Made by a program: the position numbers and the translations under genes | Shown: positions 13,611 to 26,179 of the stretch, piece after piece | Layout of the letters: the number at the start of each line of letters is the position of its first letter | Position numbering within the stretch: position 1 is the stretch's first letter | Notes under the pieces: generated by a model | Databases searched by the model: none | Told to the model about the DNA's origin: nothing | Seen by the model: only the letters and a program-made list of their open reading frames with translations | Source: Ginglymostoma cirratum | Lineage: Eukaryota | Length of the DNA stretch: 64,000 nucleotides | NCBI GenBank assembly: GCA_024137785.1 | Contig: JAHRHZ010000041.1 | Coordinates: 5,407,052 to 5,471,051, forward strand | Reading direction: 5' to 3'

Positions 13611-14569
13611 TGATGGTGCAGGAGTCAGGCAGTGAGGCTGGGCTTTCTATTTTTAATGCCTGCTCATTTTTCTTTTGGTGACTGAGTGTTCTGTCCTATG
13701 ACTTTATGGAATATGGGGAGTATCTTTATTTTGAAGTCATCCTGTCTGTGTTTGGGGAATGAGGGAGACTGTCACTGTGTGTTTCAGTCTCCTGGATGTG
13801 AGAGACAGACAGTGGAACAGCACTCCACTGAAGTTCAGAGGAAGGGTCACTCAACCTGAAGCATTAACTCTGATCTCTCTCCACAGATGCTGCCAGGCCT
13901 GCTGAGCTTTTCCAGTAATTTTTTTATATTTTTGACTTTGACATTAGGTGATTTGTTTAACGTGTAAACACCCACGTTCAATCCTATCCCACGTCACACC
14001 CTTGACTGACTATACACCAGGAGCAGTAGATACCCATGGAGAGGGTAATTTCATTTCATACTCCAGAACGTGGATCTAAAGTTGTGGAGACACCATAGCA
14101 GCTGGAGGGGGGATTTTAAATCCAGTTTATAAATCTGGGACACAGGGCTAGTCTCGTTTCCTAATGACAGGGTTTCTAATTTTAAAAAAAACCCATATAG
14201 TTCACTGTCTTGAGGAAGGAAATCTGTTCACCTTCACTGGTCTGGTCTAACACGTGCCCCCAGATCCACAACAATGTGTTTGCCTTTTCAATGCCCTCTG
14301 AAACGGCCTAGCAAGCCACTACATTCTGTCAAACCAGTACGGAAAATTTTGAGTGCATGTGGACTGCAGCAGTTCAAGAAGGCAGCTCACCACGACCTTC
14401 TCAAGGACGGTTAGGAGATGGATAACCACTTGCCCAGCCAATGACACGCACATCCCCTGAATGAATGGGGGCAAAACACATAAACAGCCTAGATGTGGGT
14501 GCCCATATTCTGTGCCCTGGCTTCTCTCATATCCCTTTTTTAACAGAAGGTTCGAGAAGTGCAGGGGAA

Positions 14570-15045
14570 ACCGTGGAAGGGTTGCACAGTGGCTCACTGG
14601 TTAGCTGCTGCCTCACAGCACCAATGACCCAGGTTCGATTCCACCCTCTGGTGACTGTCTGTGTGGAGTTTGTACGTTCTCCCCATGCCTGCATGGATTT
14701 CCTCTTTGTTCTGAGAAAGGGTCACGGACTCAAAACATTAACTCTGTTTTTCCCTTCGCAGATGCTGCCAGACCTGCTGAGCTTTTCCAGCAATTTCTGT
14801 TTTGTTTCCTCTTGGTGGGCTCTGGCTTCCTCCCATAGTTCAAAGATGTACAGGTTAGGGTGGATTGACCATGTTACACTGCCCATGGTGTCCAGGGATG
14901 TACAGGTTAGGTGGATTAGCCATGGGAAATGCAGGATTACAGGGATAGGGTGGGGGATGGGTCTGAGTTGGATGTCCTTCAGAAGGTCGGTCTAGAATTG
15001 ATGGGCTGGATAGCCTGCTTCCACACGGTAGGGATTCTGAGTTGA
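14570..15045 (+). mobile_element. HE1-type V-SINE with a nested Penelope terminus (about 14710-14810)
   Basis: tRNA-like head gtggctcactggttagc...ggttcgattcc, V-domain tgtgtggagtttgtacgttctcccc, and a CR1-like tail. Confidence 0.85.
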
Positions 15046-15414
15046 ACATTCTGACCCTTGTGTGCACTAACTACATCATGACCACCAGTTCAATCGGTCC
15101 TTAAACGTCGTGATCATTTTGTAACAAGAAGTTCAGTCATTAAGGGACAGAATTCCTGGCTGGCTCCCTCCCTCCCCTCTCTATTCCTTATTTATACACC
15201 ACCTTTGCCTTGTGGAATCCTAAAGAAGCCTGCTCATCCTGACTCGATTCCATCTGGAGTGCCAATGCTGCTTGATGCCCAGTGAGCTCTGACATGAGAA
15301 TTGTGAGCAGTTAGATTGACAGAAGTGAGAACTGTCACACTAGCATAGAGCTAACAAGGTGTGGAGCTGGATGAACACAGCAGGCCAAGCAGCATCATAG
15401 GAGCAGGAAAGCTT

Positions 15415-15442
15415 GACGTTTCGGGCCCAGACCCTTCATCAG
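15415..15442 (-). ncRNA. Minimal hammerhead-ribozyme-like core in a Penelope terminus
   Basis: Reverse complement reads CUGAUGA-A-GGGUCUGGGCCC-GAAA-CGUC: conserved core boxes, stem II hairpin and palindromic ACGU stem III. Confidence 0.65.
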
Positions 15443-15716
15443 AAATGGGGGAGGGGAAGAGGGTTCTGAAATAAATAGGGAGAGAGGGGGAGGCGGATAG
15501 AAGATGGATAGAGAAGAGGATAGGTGGAGACGAGAGAGACAAGTCAAAGAGGCGGGGATGGAGCCAGTAAAGGTCAGTGTAGGTGGTTTTACTGGCTCCA
15601 TCCCCACCTCTTTGACTTGTCTGTCTCCTCTCCACCTACCTTGTCCTCGATCCATCTTCTATCCGCCTCCCCCTCTCTCCCTATTTATTTCAGAACCCTC
15701 TTCCCCTCCCCCATTT

Positions 15717-15744
15717 CTGATGAAGGGTCTAGGCCCGAAACATC
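15717..15744 (+). ncRNA. Minimal hammerhead-like core with a CpG-decayed stem III
   Basis: CUGAUGA-A-GGGUCUAGGCCC-GAAA-CAUC. Confidence 0.5.
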
Positions 15745-15994
15745 AAGCTTTCCTGCTCCTATGATGCTGTTTGACCTGCTGTGTTCATCCAGCTCTACAC
15801 CTTGTTATCTCGGATTCTCCAGCATCTGCAGTACCTATTATCACTGATATCAACACTAGCATGGAGCTATAAGTTTACAGCTGAATAAAGTTCCCCTCTG
15901 AAGGTGAGAGAGAGACAAAACCACAGCAATCTTTTGGATTGCAATGAGCAAATGCTGCACAACAGACTCCCACTTAAAACATGGTCATTTTCAG

Positions 15995-17360
15995 ATCAAA
16001 CTAAAAATGTGCTGGAAATTATCTGCAGGTCTGGCAGCATCTATGGAGAGAAGAGTTGATGTTTTGGGTCAATGACCTTTGATTAGAACTGGGCAAGTTT
16101 GAAATGCAGTCAGGTTGAAGCAAGTGAAAAAGGATCAGAGTAGGGTAATGAACGAGGGAAAGCCTGTGCTAGGTGAAAGACGACTGAGATTGACTGAGAG
16201 AAGAATTTGATTGTGCAGGGCCAAAGGGAGTGGTAACAGGACAAGGAATGCTGTCTGGAGGAGGCATGATGATAAACCAAACAGCTATCTGAAAGAAAAG
16301 AGTGAAACCAAAACACTCAGAGAAATGGAACAAAATGGATGCAGAGATTTACAATTTGATATTCTTGAATTCTGTTGTCTGGAACGCTATAGTGTGATTA
16401 ATGAAAAGATAAGGTGCCATTCTTCAAGCTTATCTCGAGTTCACTGGAACAATGCAGCTGTCCTAGGGCAGGGAGCTCTGCATGGGTCACAGAATTAAAT
16501 TAATAGATGACGCGAAACCTGGTCACACCTGTGGAGTGGAAGGAGATGTTTTACAAATACAACAAACAGCCAGCCGCCTCATTTTAGAGGCGATTGTGCT
16601 GTGAAGCTGGGAATACGGTATTCGAAATTGAAGAGGTGCAGCATAACTTTGTTTTCAACTGGGAGTTTTTGTGTCTTTGGTGGCAGGAGGGAGAATTTAA
16701 AAAGGCAGTTCTTACACCTCCTGTGCCAGATCGTGCCATAGGAAGGGTCAGAGTTACTGAGGGCACTTGGGGAGTGGACAAGGGTTCTGTGGAAGAAAGT
16801 GCCGCTTTTGGAATACTGACAGGGCAGTGGGAGTCAGCAAGTTGGATCCATGCTGGAGTTTGGCGAGGACATTGTGAGTGTTGGGGCTGGTTGTGGTGAA
16901 AGGTGAGGGCATGGTGAACCCTTTCTTGGTCTGGGAGCAAAGGGAAGAGGCAAGAGTAAATGTGCACGAGATGGAGCAGACCTGATCAAGGGCTTTGTCA
17001 GCCATGGGAAGGGAGTGTCTTCCTGAGGAGAAAGGAAGGCATCTCGGAAGCATTGTCATGAGAGGTTATGTTGTCACATACGATGTGACTGTGCTGGAGA
17101 AATGGGGAGAATAGGACAAATCCTGTGGTTAACACATGTTAGGAAGTGTAATCATGGACTTAACACTGAAAATTAGGAAATAACTTATCCCAGAAGTGGA
17201 GACAGATGTTGAGTGGGAGGGAAGAGTTAGAGATAGACCATGTGAAATTGACAGAAGGACGCAAACTGGAAGCAAAGTTGATGAAAATTTCCAGTTCAGG
17301 GCAAGAATAGGAAATGGCACTGATTACAGTCATCGGTGTCCTTGAAAAGGGGGTACCAGG
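15995..17360 (-). mobile_element. Old degenerate Penelope-like element
   Basis: Terminus at about 16000-16090 plus eroded RT/GIY-YIG-like sequence (GISYFLIFSV, CCTSSISNTV), collinear with the 4490-5460 element. Confidence 0.65.
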
Positions 17361-17939
17361 ACTGGAACAAGAAAAATTTGAGACAAGTGAATAACTATAG
17401 ATGCTGGAGATTTGAGACCTAGCTGGTGCAAGACATGTTCTTTGGATTAAGCAGTTGTGAATGCCGTATCTTTTTATCTTTTTCTTTATTTTGAGTTGTA
17501 TATGGAAATGGGGAAAGGTGCACTTTAAACCAAGGAAGTGTGGAAGGAATTGCTGCACATCTTAGAAACAAGCCTCTGGAGCTTATTGTGAGTTGCGTTG
17601 ACACTGTTGTTTTATTCAAGCAGTGGGGGAAGATTTAAGACCAAGTGGCACTGTGTGCAGAACAGGCTTCAGCCAAAGGCAGCCCAATTAGCAGCTTTTT
17701 CAGTTAGGACCAGCTGTGGAGGCCAGCATGAGAACAGCACTCTGATTCCTGGGCAGATGGGACACGAGTGCGTGAAATAGACAATGATATCAAGACAGAA
17801 GTTCTCCAGACTTCAAGCGGCAAGGGCTCTTTCTTTATCTGCAAAAACTGAAAGATAACTATTCTCTCCCACCACAAGCTATTACCTCTAACCAGTGACT
17901 AAGAAACCGAACAATTAATGTGTCTTCAGTCAGGTATAA

Positions 17940-18150
17940 ATAGGTAAAGCTGCAATAGTCTTCCAAGACCATAGGCCTGCAGTCTCTCTCTCATTAGAGA
18001 GGCCAACTGGTGGTTGTCTGACCTGAGAGTCATCACTCCTCAGGTGAAGGGGGAACCTTCATGATAACTTCAGCCAATATAGGAATTGAACTCGTGCTGT
18101 TGGCATCACTCTGCAATGTAAGCTAGCCATCCAGACAACTGAGCTAACAT
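17940..18150 (-). mobile_element. tRNA-derived SINE (family C); second copy at about 20870-21070
   Basis: Both copies share atagtc...ggctgc..tctctcatta.agag...caggtga.g.g...caactgag. Confidence 0.6.
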
Positions 18151-18824
18151 GGCAATTAGATGCCAATGTGTTAATGTGGGATTTGATTTGACTATTTAAG
18201 AGCAGCAAGTTTCCACTCCTCACTTTGGATTTTTAATCACCATTTGATGGCTTTCCAGTCACTTGCTGATATCTACTTTATTATTTTCCGGCTATTGTAA
18301 AGCTGATTTTCAAACCCTTAACCTTAAACACCAATAGTGGGATTGGAATCCCTGTCCTCTGGGTGACCAGCCCTGTACATTCTCTACTCCCACCATATCG
18401 TTTTGCTTTTTATCAGTGTACTTGGCCTCTAAGTGAGCAAGTGTTTCTTAACACTTCTGCTTGCCTCTGAGTTTTGGTTAAAAATAGAAATTTAAAAGGT
18501 TAAAGGGTGATCTAATTAAAATGGAGAAGATACTTAAAAGGAGTCGATAAACAGGGAGACACAATATTTCCATTTGTTGGTAGGGGTGAGAGTAGAGTCC
18601 GGAACAAAAGGAATCATAACCTGAAAATTACAGCCCAGTCATTCAGAGCTGGCACCAAGAAGCACTCCTTCATTTAAAGGATTTGAAATTTAAAATGACC
18701 GACTGCAAACACCGAAGACTGAAGTTCAGTTGAAATGTCAACATTTCAGTGAGTGCATTTTTGTGGGATGTGAGAGGGAAAATGAAGTTAAGATTCAGAG
18801 CTGCTTTAATCTAATTAATTCGAG

Positions 18825-19175
18825 CCATAGAGTTGTACAGCACAGAAACAGACCCTTTGGTCCAACTTGTTCATGCCGACCATATATCTTAAATTAATCT
18901 AGTCCCATTTGCCAGCATTTGGCGCACATCCCTGTAAACCCTTCCTATTCATATACCCATTCAGATGCCTTTTAAATGTTGTAATTGTACCAGCATCCAC
19001 CACTTCCTCTGGCAGCTCGTTCCATACACACACCACCCTCTACGTGAAAAAGTTGCCCCTTGGATCCCTTTTAAAACCTTTCCCCTCTCGACTTCAAACC
19101 TGTGCCCTCGAGTTTTGGGCTCCCTACCCTGGGAAAAGGGCCTTGGCTATTCACCCTACCCATGCCCCTTCATGA
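18825..19175 (-). mobile_element. CR1/HER1 3' end
   Basis: Reverse complement of the same tail seen at 9650-9965. Confidence 0.85.
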
Positions 19176-19496
19176 TATTTTTGGAACAGATTTGAGTGGC
19201 TGGCTGGCTTCTGTTTGTAATTCTTTAGCATGTAATAGGAGCTGTGTGAAGGACTCTTGTGGTGAGATGTGCATTGCCCGTCCCTTGTTGCCCTTGAAAT
19301 GGTGCTGGTGAGTTGTGGCCTTGAACCACTGCAGTTCCTGTGTCCCTAGTTCTGGACCAGGAAGCCTATGTTCAAGTCCCACCTGCTCCAGAGGTATGTC
19401 GTAACAACTCCAAATGGTTTAATCAGCGATAACACAGAAAGAAAAGGAAGTTGTGTCGATGTCAGGCTAGGAGGAGATTGGTGTAACTGGGGGATT

Positions 19497-19505
19497 ATGG
19501 CTAAG
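19497..19505 (+). CDS. TMPRSS4: TMPRSS4-like, putative coding exon 1 (MAK)
   Basis: attATGG is a strong Kozak context, followed by ATG GCT AAG|gtaaga, a consensus phase-0 donor. It joins in frame to the phase-0 acceptor at 22394. Only 9 coding nt, so this exon is inferred. Confidence 0.65.
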
Positions 19506-21084
19506 GTAAGACCACCCAGGAACCTTCCTGATAACCCTGACCTGGAATTGCTCAATGTTTTACATGCAGAGGCTTCCTGAAATTACGCTCACATTTTTCT
19601 CTTCCTTTCGCTCCTTTGTCCTCCACCCCAATTCTCACTGACCCCAGGCGCTAGTGTTACTGGTGACTGGCATGAGGGAAACATACGAAGTTACTTGATC
19701 TGGATGAATTTTTTTTATCTACATTTCAATCCTAATGTTCCGTTAGCTGTTCTCCAAGTGAAAATCGGTGATTTTTAGACTCATGGAAGCTGAGAGCTGG
19801 AGGGAGTACAATGGTTAAAAAAAACGAAAGGACTGCAAATGCTGGAAACCTGAAACAAAAAACAGAAATACTGGAAAATCTCAGCAGGTCTGGCAGCACC
19901 TGTGGAGGGAAATCAGAGTTAACGTTTTGGGTTGAGTGACCCTTCTTCAGAACCATGATACAATAGTTGTTGGGGGCAGGGTTATATTATCTCTCCTCTT
20001 GGTTGTCCTGTACAAGTGGGATTAGCATGTTTCTCCATTTCAAAAGGCACTATGACTCGAGCAGATTGTGCGGAATTAAAATAACATGGAGGCTTGAGTA
20101 AAGTTCTTGAGTCAAAGCAAAATGTTGCAGATGCTGGAAATCTGAAATAAAAAGAGCGCAAGAGCAACTCAGCTGGACTGAAGGCATCTGAGGCTTTGTG
20201 AAGAACTCTAAACGTTAAATCTGTTTCTCGCTCCACAGCTGCTGCCAGACCTGCTGAGTTTCTCTAGCTATTTTTGGATGAAGGACCAGTGACCTGTTTT
20301 TTTTAACAACAATCTAACAGATTCCACGGTCACTTTATTTCTGATGCCAGTCCACAAATGACTAGATTTATTCGATCAGATTATTGTGGGATTTTGACTC
20401 CTGATCCTCTGGGATCTTATGGCCAAAGCCCTTATACTCTGTATTGTCAGTATGTAGGAATGATCCAGCCCATGGAAGACATTATTAGAGTAGATGGTAG
20501 TGTCAGAGCAAAAGAATCACAGTTGAACTTGTTTATGCTCTGCGGGGAAAGTTCAAGCTACGGAGACCACCAGACCCCCTCATTCACACAGGAATTCATG
20601 GGGGGCTGGCTCTGTTCACCTATTGAATGTTGTGAATTACTTGATCCATTTCAGGCTGAACATCCTTAGAGGCTTAGCTGGTCCATCCCAGTGTTTATGT
20701 TCCACTACAGCTTTGTCGCCTGCTCTACATTCCATTCTGTCTCTCATGTTTACTACACTTCATTTCAAAGGCGTCTCCACTATTATGTTGATCAATCTGT
20801 GGTCATGAGTTCTGCCTTCTTATCATGCTGTGGTCAAAGGAGTTTCTGCTGGATTTCTCATGGCATTTAAGAAGATAAAGTCGCCATAGTCCTACGGGAT
20901 CATGAGGCTGCTCTCTCATTACAGAGAGAGATGACTGATGTCACCACGGGTCAGGTGAGGAGAGAGATAGTGAAAGAGAGTCTTTCATAGTAATCTAAGC
21001 TGGTGTGGAAACTGAGCCCAAGCTGTTGGTTTCCCTCTATCTTGCAAACCAGCCCTCCAGCCAACTGAGAATATCATCATCGAA

Positions 21085-21492
21085 ACCCTATAGTGTGGAA
21101 ACAGGCCCTTCGGCCCAACAAGTCCACAACGACCCTCAGAACGTCCCACCCAGACCCATTCCCCCTCTAACTCACCTAATCTACTCATCCCTGAACGCTA
21201 CGGGCAATTTAGCATGGCCAATCCACCTAACCTGCACATCTTTGGATTGGGAGGAAACTGGAGCACCCAGAGGAAACCTACGCAGACGCGGGGAGAATGT
21301 GCAAACTCCACACAGACAGAGGCCCGAGGGTGGAATCGAGATAACAAGGTGTGGAGCTGGATGAGCACAGCAGGCCAAGCAGCATCATAGGAGCAGGAAA
21401 GCTTGACGTTTCGGGCCTAGACCCTTCATCAGAAATGGCTAACCTGGGTCCCTGGTGCTATGAGGCAGCAGTGCTAACAGCTGAGCCACCGT
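21085..21492 (-). mobile_element. HE1-type V-SINE with a nested Penelope terminus (21340-21438)
   Basis: caatttagcatggccaatccacctaacctgcacatctttgg... V-SINE core, interrupted inside the B-box region. Confidence 0.9.
21405..21432 (-). ncRNA. Minimal hammerhead-like core
   Basis: Reverse complement reads CUGAUGA-A-GGGUCUAGGCCC-GAAA-CGUC. Confidence 0.65.
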
Positions 21493-22393
21493 TTACTAAC
21501 TTTATAGTTCTGGTTCCAGCTTTTATTCACCTCACAAATGGAAACCTGTTCTTCCTGTATCCTCTTAAACCATTTCAGAAATTTCAAGATGATGATGGGG
21601 AAACTGTTGGCCTACTCTGTTTTCGAGAGAATAGAGTCCCATCCTGTTATCGTTCCTTGGATCTGGTAGCAAACTTGTAAATTGTGTATTACGTTTTCTC
21701 CAGTATCTCTCTATCCCTTTTTAATAATATTGAGACCAGAACTCTGCACACCACTCAGTGTGGTCTGTCCAAATGTTTTGCAATATACGGGTTTACCGTA
21801 ACTTTGCTTTTCAATTATATCCCTTTAGATTTGTTTGCTTTTACACAGGTTTTTTTTATTGCTATTTTATGGTTTTCCCATCTGTACAGGGTGATCTATT
21901 TGCTCGTCTACAGTATTTGGATTTGTTTTCCCAGCAGTATGTGACCTCCTTGCTCTTGCTCACCAAAATGCACCATCTTGCTTTGATCTGTGTTGAAATT
22001 TGTTCTGTTAATTGCAGGCACATTCTGCCTGTCCTGTGTTTTGGGAGTTAGTAAACTGGCCTTTTAGTAAGCAGTGGCTGTGCCACTGACCACCTCTAGC
22101 GCAGCAATTGTCTCCTAACCTCTGGGATAGTGAGGGGAATAACCACTGTGGGACTGTGGCCCAACATGAGCCCATCATACACCTTCCGACATCCTTGTGG
22201 AAATTTAGTAACTGCATAGCACCAGGATCAAAACCCAGGATCTTCCTATCGTGAGCTGTGTCTAGTGTTAGCGTAAGTGCATTCCTTCGACTCCAACTCC
22301 AAGCCATTGTCGCCCCAGATTATTTTTCATCTTCTCCAGTTCTTGACACTGGAAAGCATTTTGACCATGTCCTTCTTGAATATCTTTTTACAG

Positions 22394-22478
22394 GTACGGG
22401 AGAGCGTGACGTCAAGGGAGGAGACGGATGAGTCTGTTAGCCTCAAACCCTCAAGTCCAACCATTCCAATGGATCCAG
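22394..22478 (+). CDS. TMPRSS4: TMPRSS4-like exon 2, cytoplasmic tail (VRESVTSREETDESVSLKPSSPTIPMDP)
   Basis: Acceptor tctttttacag|, open frame, donor CAG|gtttaa (weak). Phase 0 to 1 fits the next exon. Confidence 0.7.
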
Positions 22479-24074
22479 GTTTAAAAATTGAACTCTTCAT
22501 GTTGTGACCCTGTGGGCTAAATGGGATGATTTGATGATCTGAAGCCTATTTTGCTTTATCTTTTTTGAGGGGCTGTTAACTTTTTTTTATGGGATCTTAC
22601 ATTGACTTTGATAAAGGCGTTGAGGCTAAACCGATGTCAAGATTCTGCTAGTTGGGAGTGAGATCAGAACAGGAAGGGACGGGGAATGAGGAACCCGTTA
22701 CCGCTGGGCTGTGGAGGGAGGAAAGGACACAGGCAAATAACTCGGTGTTTCAGTTTGTATCAAAAAACAGGCCAATTTTTATTCTTTCATGGGGATGTGG
22801 ATCCCACAGACAAGGCCAGCATTTGTTGCCCATCCCTAACTGCCCTTGAACTGAAAAGCTTGCTTGGTCATTTCAGAGTCAACCATATTGCTGTTGATCT
22901 GGAGTCAGCTGCTGGTCAGATTTGGGTAAAAATGATAGATTTCTTTCCTTAAAGGACAAGGAGTATCAATGAATGCAATCAAAATTAATTGACATGTCAT
23001 CACCATTATACTAACTTTTAACTCCAAATTAATTAATTGAATTGAATTCACACCAGTTTAAGTGATGAGATTTGAACTCCTGTCTCTGGTGTGTGAGATG
23101 GGGGTCTGTGAGTTTCTAGGATAGTGAGATTACCACTACACCACCCTGTCCTGCTCAATGGACCCATGCTGATCATATGCCATCCTTATTTCTCCTCATC
23201 AACATGACCACTATTTTCTTCCAGTGTTTAACCAGCTTCTCGTAGATAGAGCTAATTTACCTCAATTATTTCACATGAGCTCCATATGCTTTACACTATC
23301 TCTATTTAAAGATATTTTTGTTTGGCTATTCTAAGAATCATCTCAGGTGTGGACAAATTTAGCGTAACTTGTCTGCTTTAAATTTCTTCCTTCTAGAAAT
23401 AAGCCTTGAACAAACGAACGTTTGTTTTAATGACCTTTTCTGCATTGCTACAATTAATGATTTGTGAAGATGTAATTATAGCCAATTAGACATTCGCCAT
23501 AAAAATAAATTTGCAGTTTGGATGGCATCAGAGAGATGGGAACCCAGATGTGTTTTTGTTGGTTGGAAGGGAGAAGCATTTCAGAAAAGCAAATGGGTGG
23601 AGGGTAAAATCATTCCTTTAACAAACAGCAGGAGAGTGTGACTATTGTGCAATTAGACATCTGCTAATGAAATCCCAGGAATGTGTGACGTTGATGCTCA
23701 GCATTCCACTTGGAAGATTTCAGTTCAGCCCTAATTCTGACACCCTAATAATTGTTTTTCGTTTTATAAAATGAGACTGTCACAAGAAGAGTTAAGAGAT
23801 TTACTGGAGACATAAATGAGTCATTTTCACATCACATGAGCATGCTAAATTCTATAATCGCTCCTAAATAAAAATTGGAAGAACTGCAGATGCTGGAAAT
23901 CAGAAACAAAAGCAGAAGTTGCTGGAAAAGCTCAGCTGGTCTGGCTGTATATGTAAAGAAAAATCAAAGTTAACATCACTAGACTGTAAACATTAACTCT
24001 GATTTCCCTTCACAGATGTTGCCACACCTGCTGAGATTTTCCAGCAACTTCTGTCTTTGCCTATAATCTCTCCA

Positions 24075-24455
24075 GTAAGTAGTACGACCTCTTGTCTGAG
24101 TCATCATGTTGTGACTTAGTCTTTATTCAGAGCCTTCATGAAATTTTAGTTAAGTGTATGGTTTTGAGATGAGATGAGAAAAGCCAAGGGTCTGTCTGCC
24201 ATCTTGGGTGGCTATAAGAGATCATTGGCGTCATTTGGTGACCTGGCTAATATTTATTTCCTCAGTAATATCACTGAAAGGGATGGTCTGGTCTTTAGTA
24301 TCTCCCTGTATGTGAGAGCTTTGTGTGTGCAAGTTGGTTGCTAAGTTCCTGCCTTTCAACAGTGACTATTCAAAAAGAGCCCTTAATTGGCTGAAAAGCA
24401 CTTTGGGACATCCTGAGGTTGTGTCAGGCACTATATGGATGCATGTTTGTCTTTC
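24075..24455 (+). mobile_element. Deu-domain SINE (SacSINE1-like), degenerate; another copy at about 60700-61120 (-)
   Basis: gatgagatg...cctggctaatatttatttcctca...attggctgaaaagcactttgggacatcctgagg resembles the DeuSINE core and tail (from recall). Confidence 0.65.
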
Positions 24456-24763
24456 GTCTCAAATTCCTTTCTGGATCTGTGCAGCTCTCATCCTCCTGCT
24501 CTTGGAGATACTGCAGCAACTTTTAACCCCTTTTCCTAACCCTCCTCTTCCTGGGATGGGACAAATTCACAATATCTTTCCCTCCTTTAAAGCATTTGAA
24601 CTTTTTCTTCCCTCCCCGTTCCCAGACACCCATGAATAAAGTGCAGTCAAAGAGCATGCTCAGTTCAAGACTCCAATTCCAAACCTTTCCCCCTTCACAG
24701 GCAGTAGGCGTTGGGATAGTTTAATGTCCACGTACTAATAAATACATGTTTTCCAATCTCCAG

Positions 24764-24874
24764 AAATATCTACCAAATTTCCATTCAGATGCAAAATGTC
24801 AAAACGGAAGACCATTATAACTGTACTCTTGGTCATTACGGTTATAGCAATTCTCGTGGTTTCCATTTACTTTG
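24764..24874 (+). CDS. TMPRSS4: TMPRSS4-like exon 3, signal-anchor TM (EISTKFPFRCKMSKRKTIITVLLVITVIAILVVSIYF)
   Basis: ctccag| ... TTTG|gtaagt. A basic cluster followed by about 21 hydrophobic residues gives type II topology; phase 1-1. Confidence 0.9.
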
Positions 24875-25934
24875 GTAAGTTGCTTTACTTGTTCAGTATG
24901 TTATTAAATGATCTTGCTCCTTGTCCTGTCTATTTTTTGCAGTTTGTTGTTTAAATTGCTGGCTCGTGATCCTCTGGTTTTGCCCACAGCCAGGATAATT
25001 GACAATGTTAAGCAGCACAGAGCCTGATCCAATCCCTGCCTGAGCCTCACTCTCACACTGGGCAGATTTCCCGGTAAAGACAATGATCAGGATTGGTGCC
25101 ACTGGTGAAGTTTAAGCGACACCCCAAACCAGGGAGCGTTGGGGATAGCTGTTGTGGTTGCTGTCAACAAATCATAGTAACATTAGGAGGCCACTCATCC
25201 CTTCCAGCCTGTTCCACCATTTAGTTAGATCATGGTTGATCTGCATCTCCACTCCATTTCCCACCAAATATCTAACTTTTGAACTCTTCAGTGGACTGCA
25301 GCCAAACCCTCCTCCCTCCCCAGTTTGGTGGGGGACAGAGTTCTAGGTTTCCATTCCCCTGTGTGAGAAGAAGTTTTTGGGAACTGAGCCAGATGTTATC
25401 ATAACTTTCTTGCATGGTTGCTGTGGGTTTAATTAAAGTGGTAAGGAAATCAATCCCATTTACTGTTTGTCTGAATCATGCTGCAGCAAAGGTCAGAAGT
25501 TGACCAGCAGGAAAGCTCCCCCATCTCCAGGGGAAACAATTGATTCAGATCCTGTGCTTTGTGCCCATTTGCAGACAGTAATCACTGGTCGCCACTGGAT
25601 AAAGGACTGTTGGCTAACCTTAACCCACCCCTGCATCCAGAGGTGCTGAATCCGTTTCTCTTGTTACTCTAATCACCCCTCTGACACTGAGCTCAACTCA
25701 TACTTCCCAATCTGGGCATCCTCTGGAAAGTCTGCCATGGCCTATGTATCCCATCGGAGTTTACTATTCAGGCTCACAGTGAGGAATCGTTGCTTAGGCC
25801 AGATGTCTTCGTTTTGAGCCTGCTCTGTTAGGCAAAGCTGTCCAGGGGCCTTGAGTTGTCCTACAAGTAGCTTCAGCACAACCAAGAGGCAGCTGACTTG
25901 ATGTGTAACCAGTGCCATTCTCTCCCTTTTACAG

Positions 25935-26087
25935 TGAAGGTAGCCATTGATACATATTATTACTTCTGCTCCAAAACTTTTAAGTTCATCCCTCGTGATT
26001 CCCAATGCAATGGAATCTTTGATTGTTCTGAAGGTGAAGATGAGCGGGATTGTGTGATGAACTTTACATTCAGAGACCCTTTCCCGA
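25935..26087 (+). CDS. TMPRSS4: TMPRSS4-like exon 4, LDL-receptor class A domain (VKVAIDTYYYFCSKTFKFIPRDSQCNGIFDCSEGEDERDCV...)
   Basis: ttttacag| ... A|gtaagt, 153 nt. DCxxGEDExxC motif with only 4 Cys; closely parallels human TMPRSS4 KVILDKYYFLC...FIPR...CDG..DC..GEDE..C. Confidence 0.95.
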
Positions 26088-26179
26088 GTAAGTATAGAGC
26101 CATCTAGTGTTGTCTGTTTTTTGAGATCGCTGTTTGTCTGATTAGAGGTGTGACAACCTGTGTTCCTTTCTTTTTCCAG

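Larger units (their letters stand above)
15352..15850. mobile_element. Palindromic Penelope-terminus insertion (about 220-bp inverted arms) with 17-bp flanking direct repeats
   Basis: Arms at 15352-15571 and 15588-15807. Flanks acactagcatagagcta (15337-15353) and acactagcatggagcta (15853-15869). Confidence 0.9.

Noticed and set aside
1-19300. Exons of expected neighbours such as SMIM35 or IL10RA upstream of TMPRSS4
   Set aside because: No matching peptide was recognised by eye. Small divergent exons cannot be excluded without a tblastn search.
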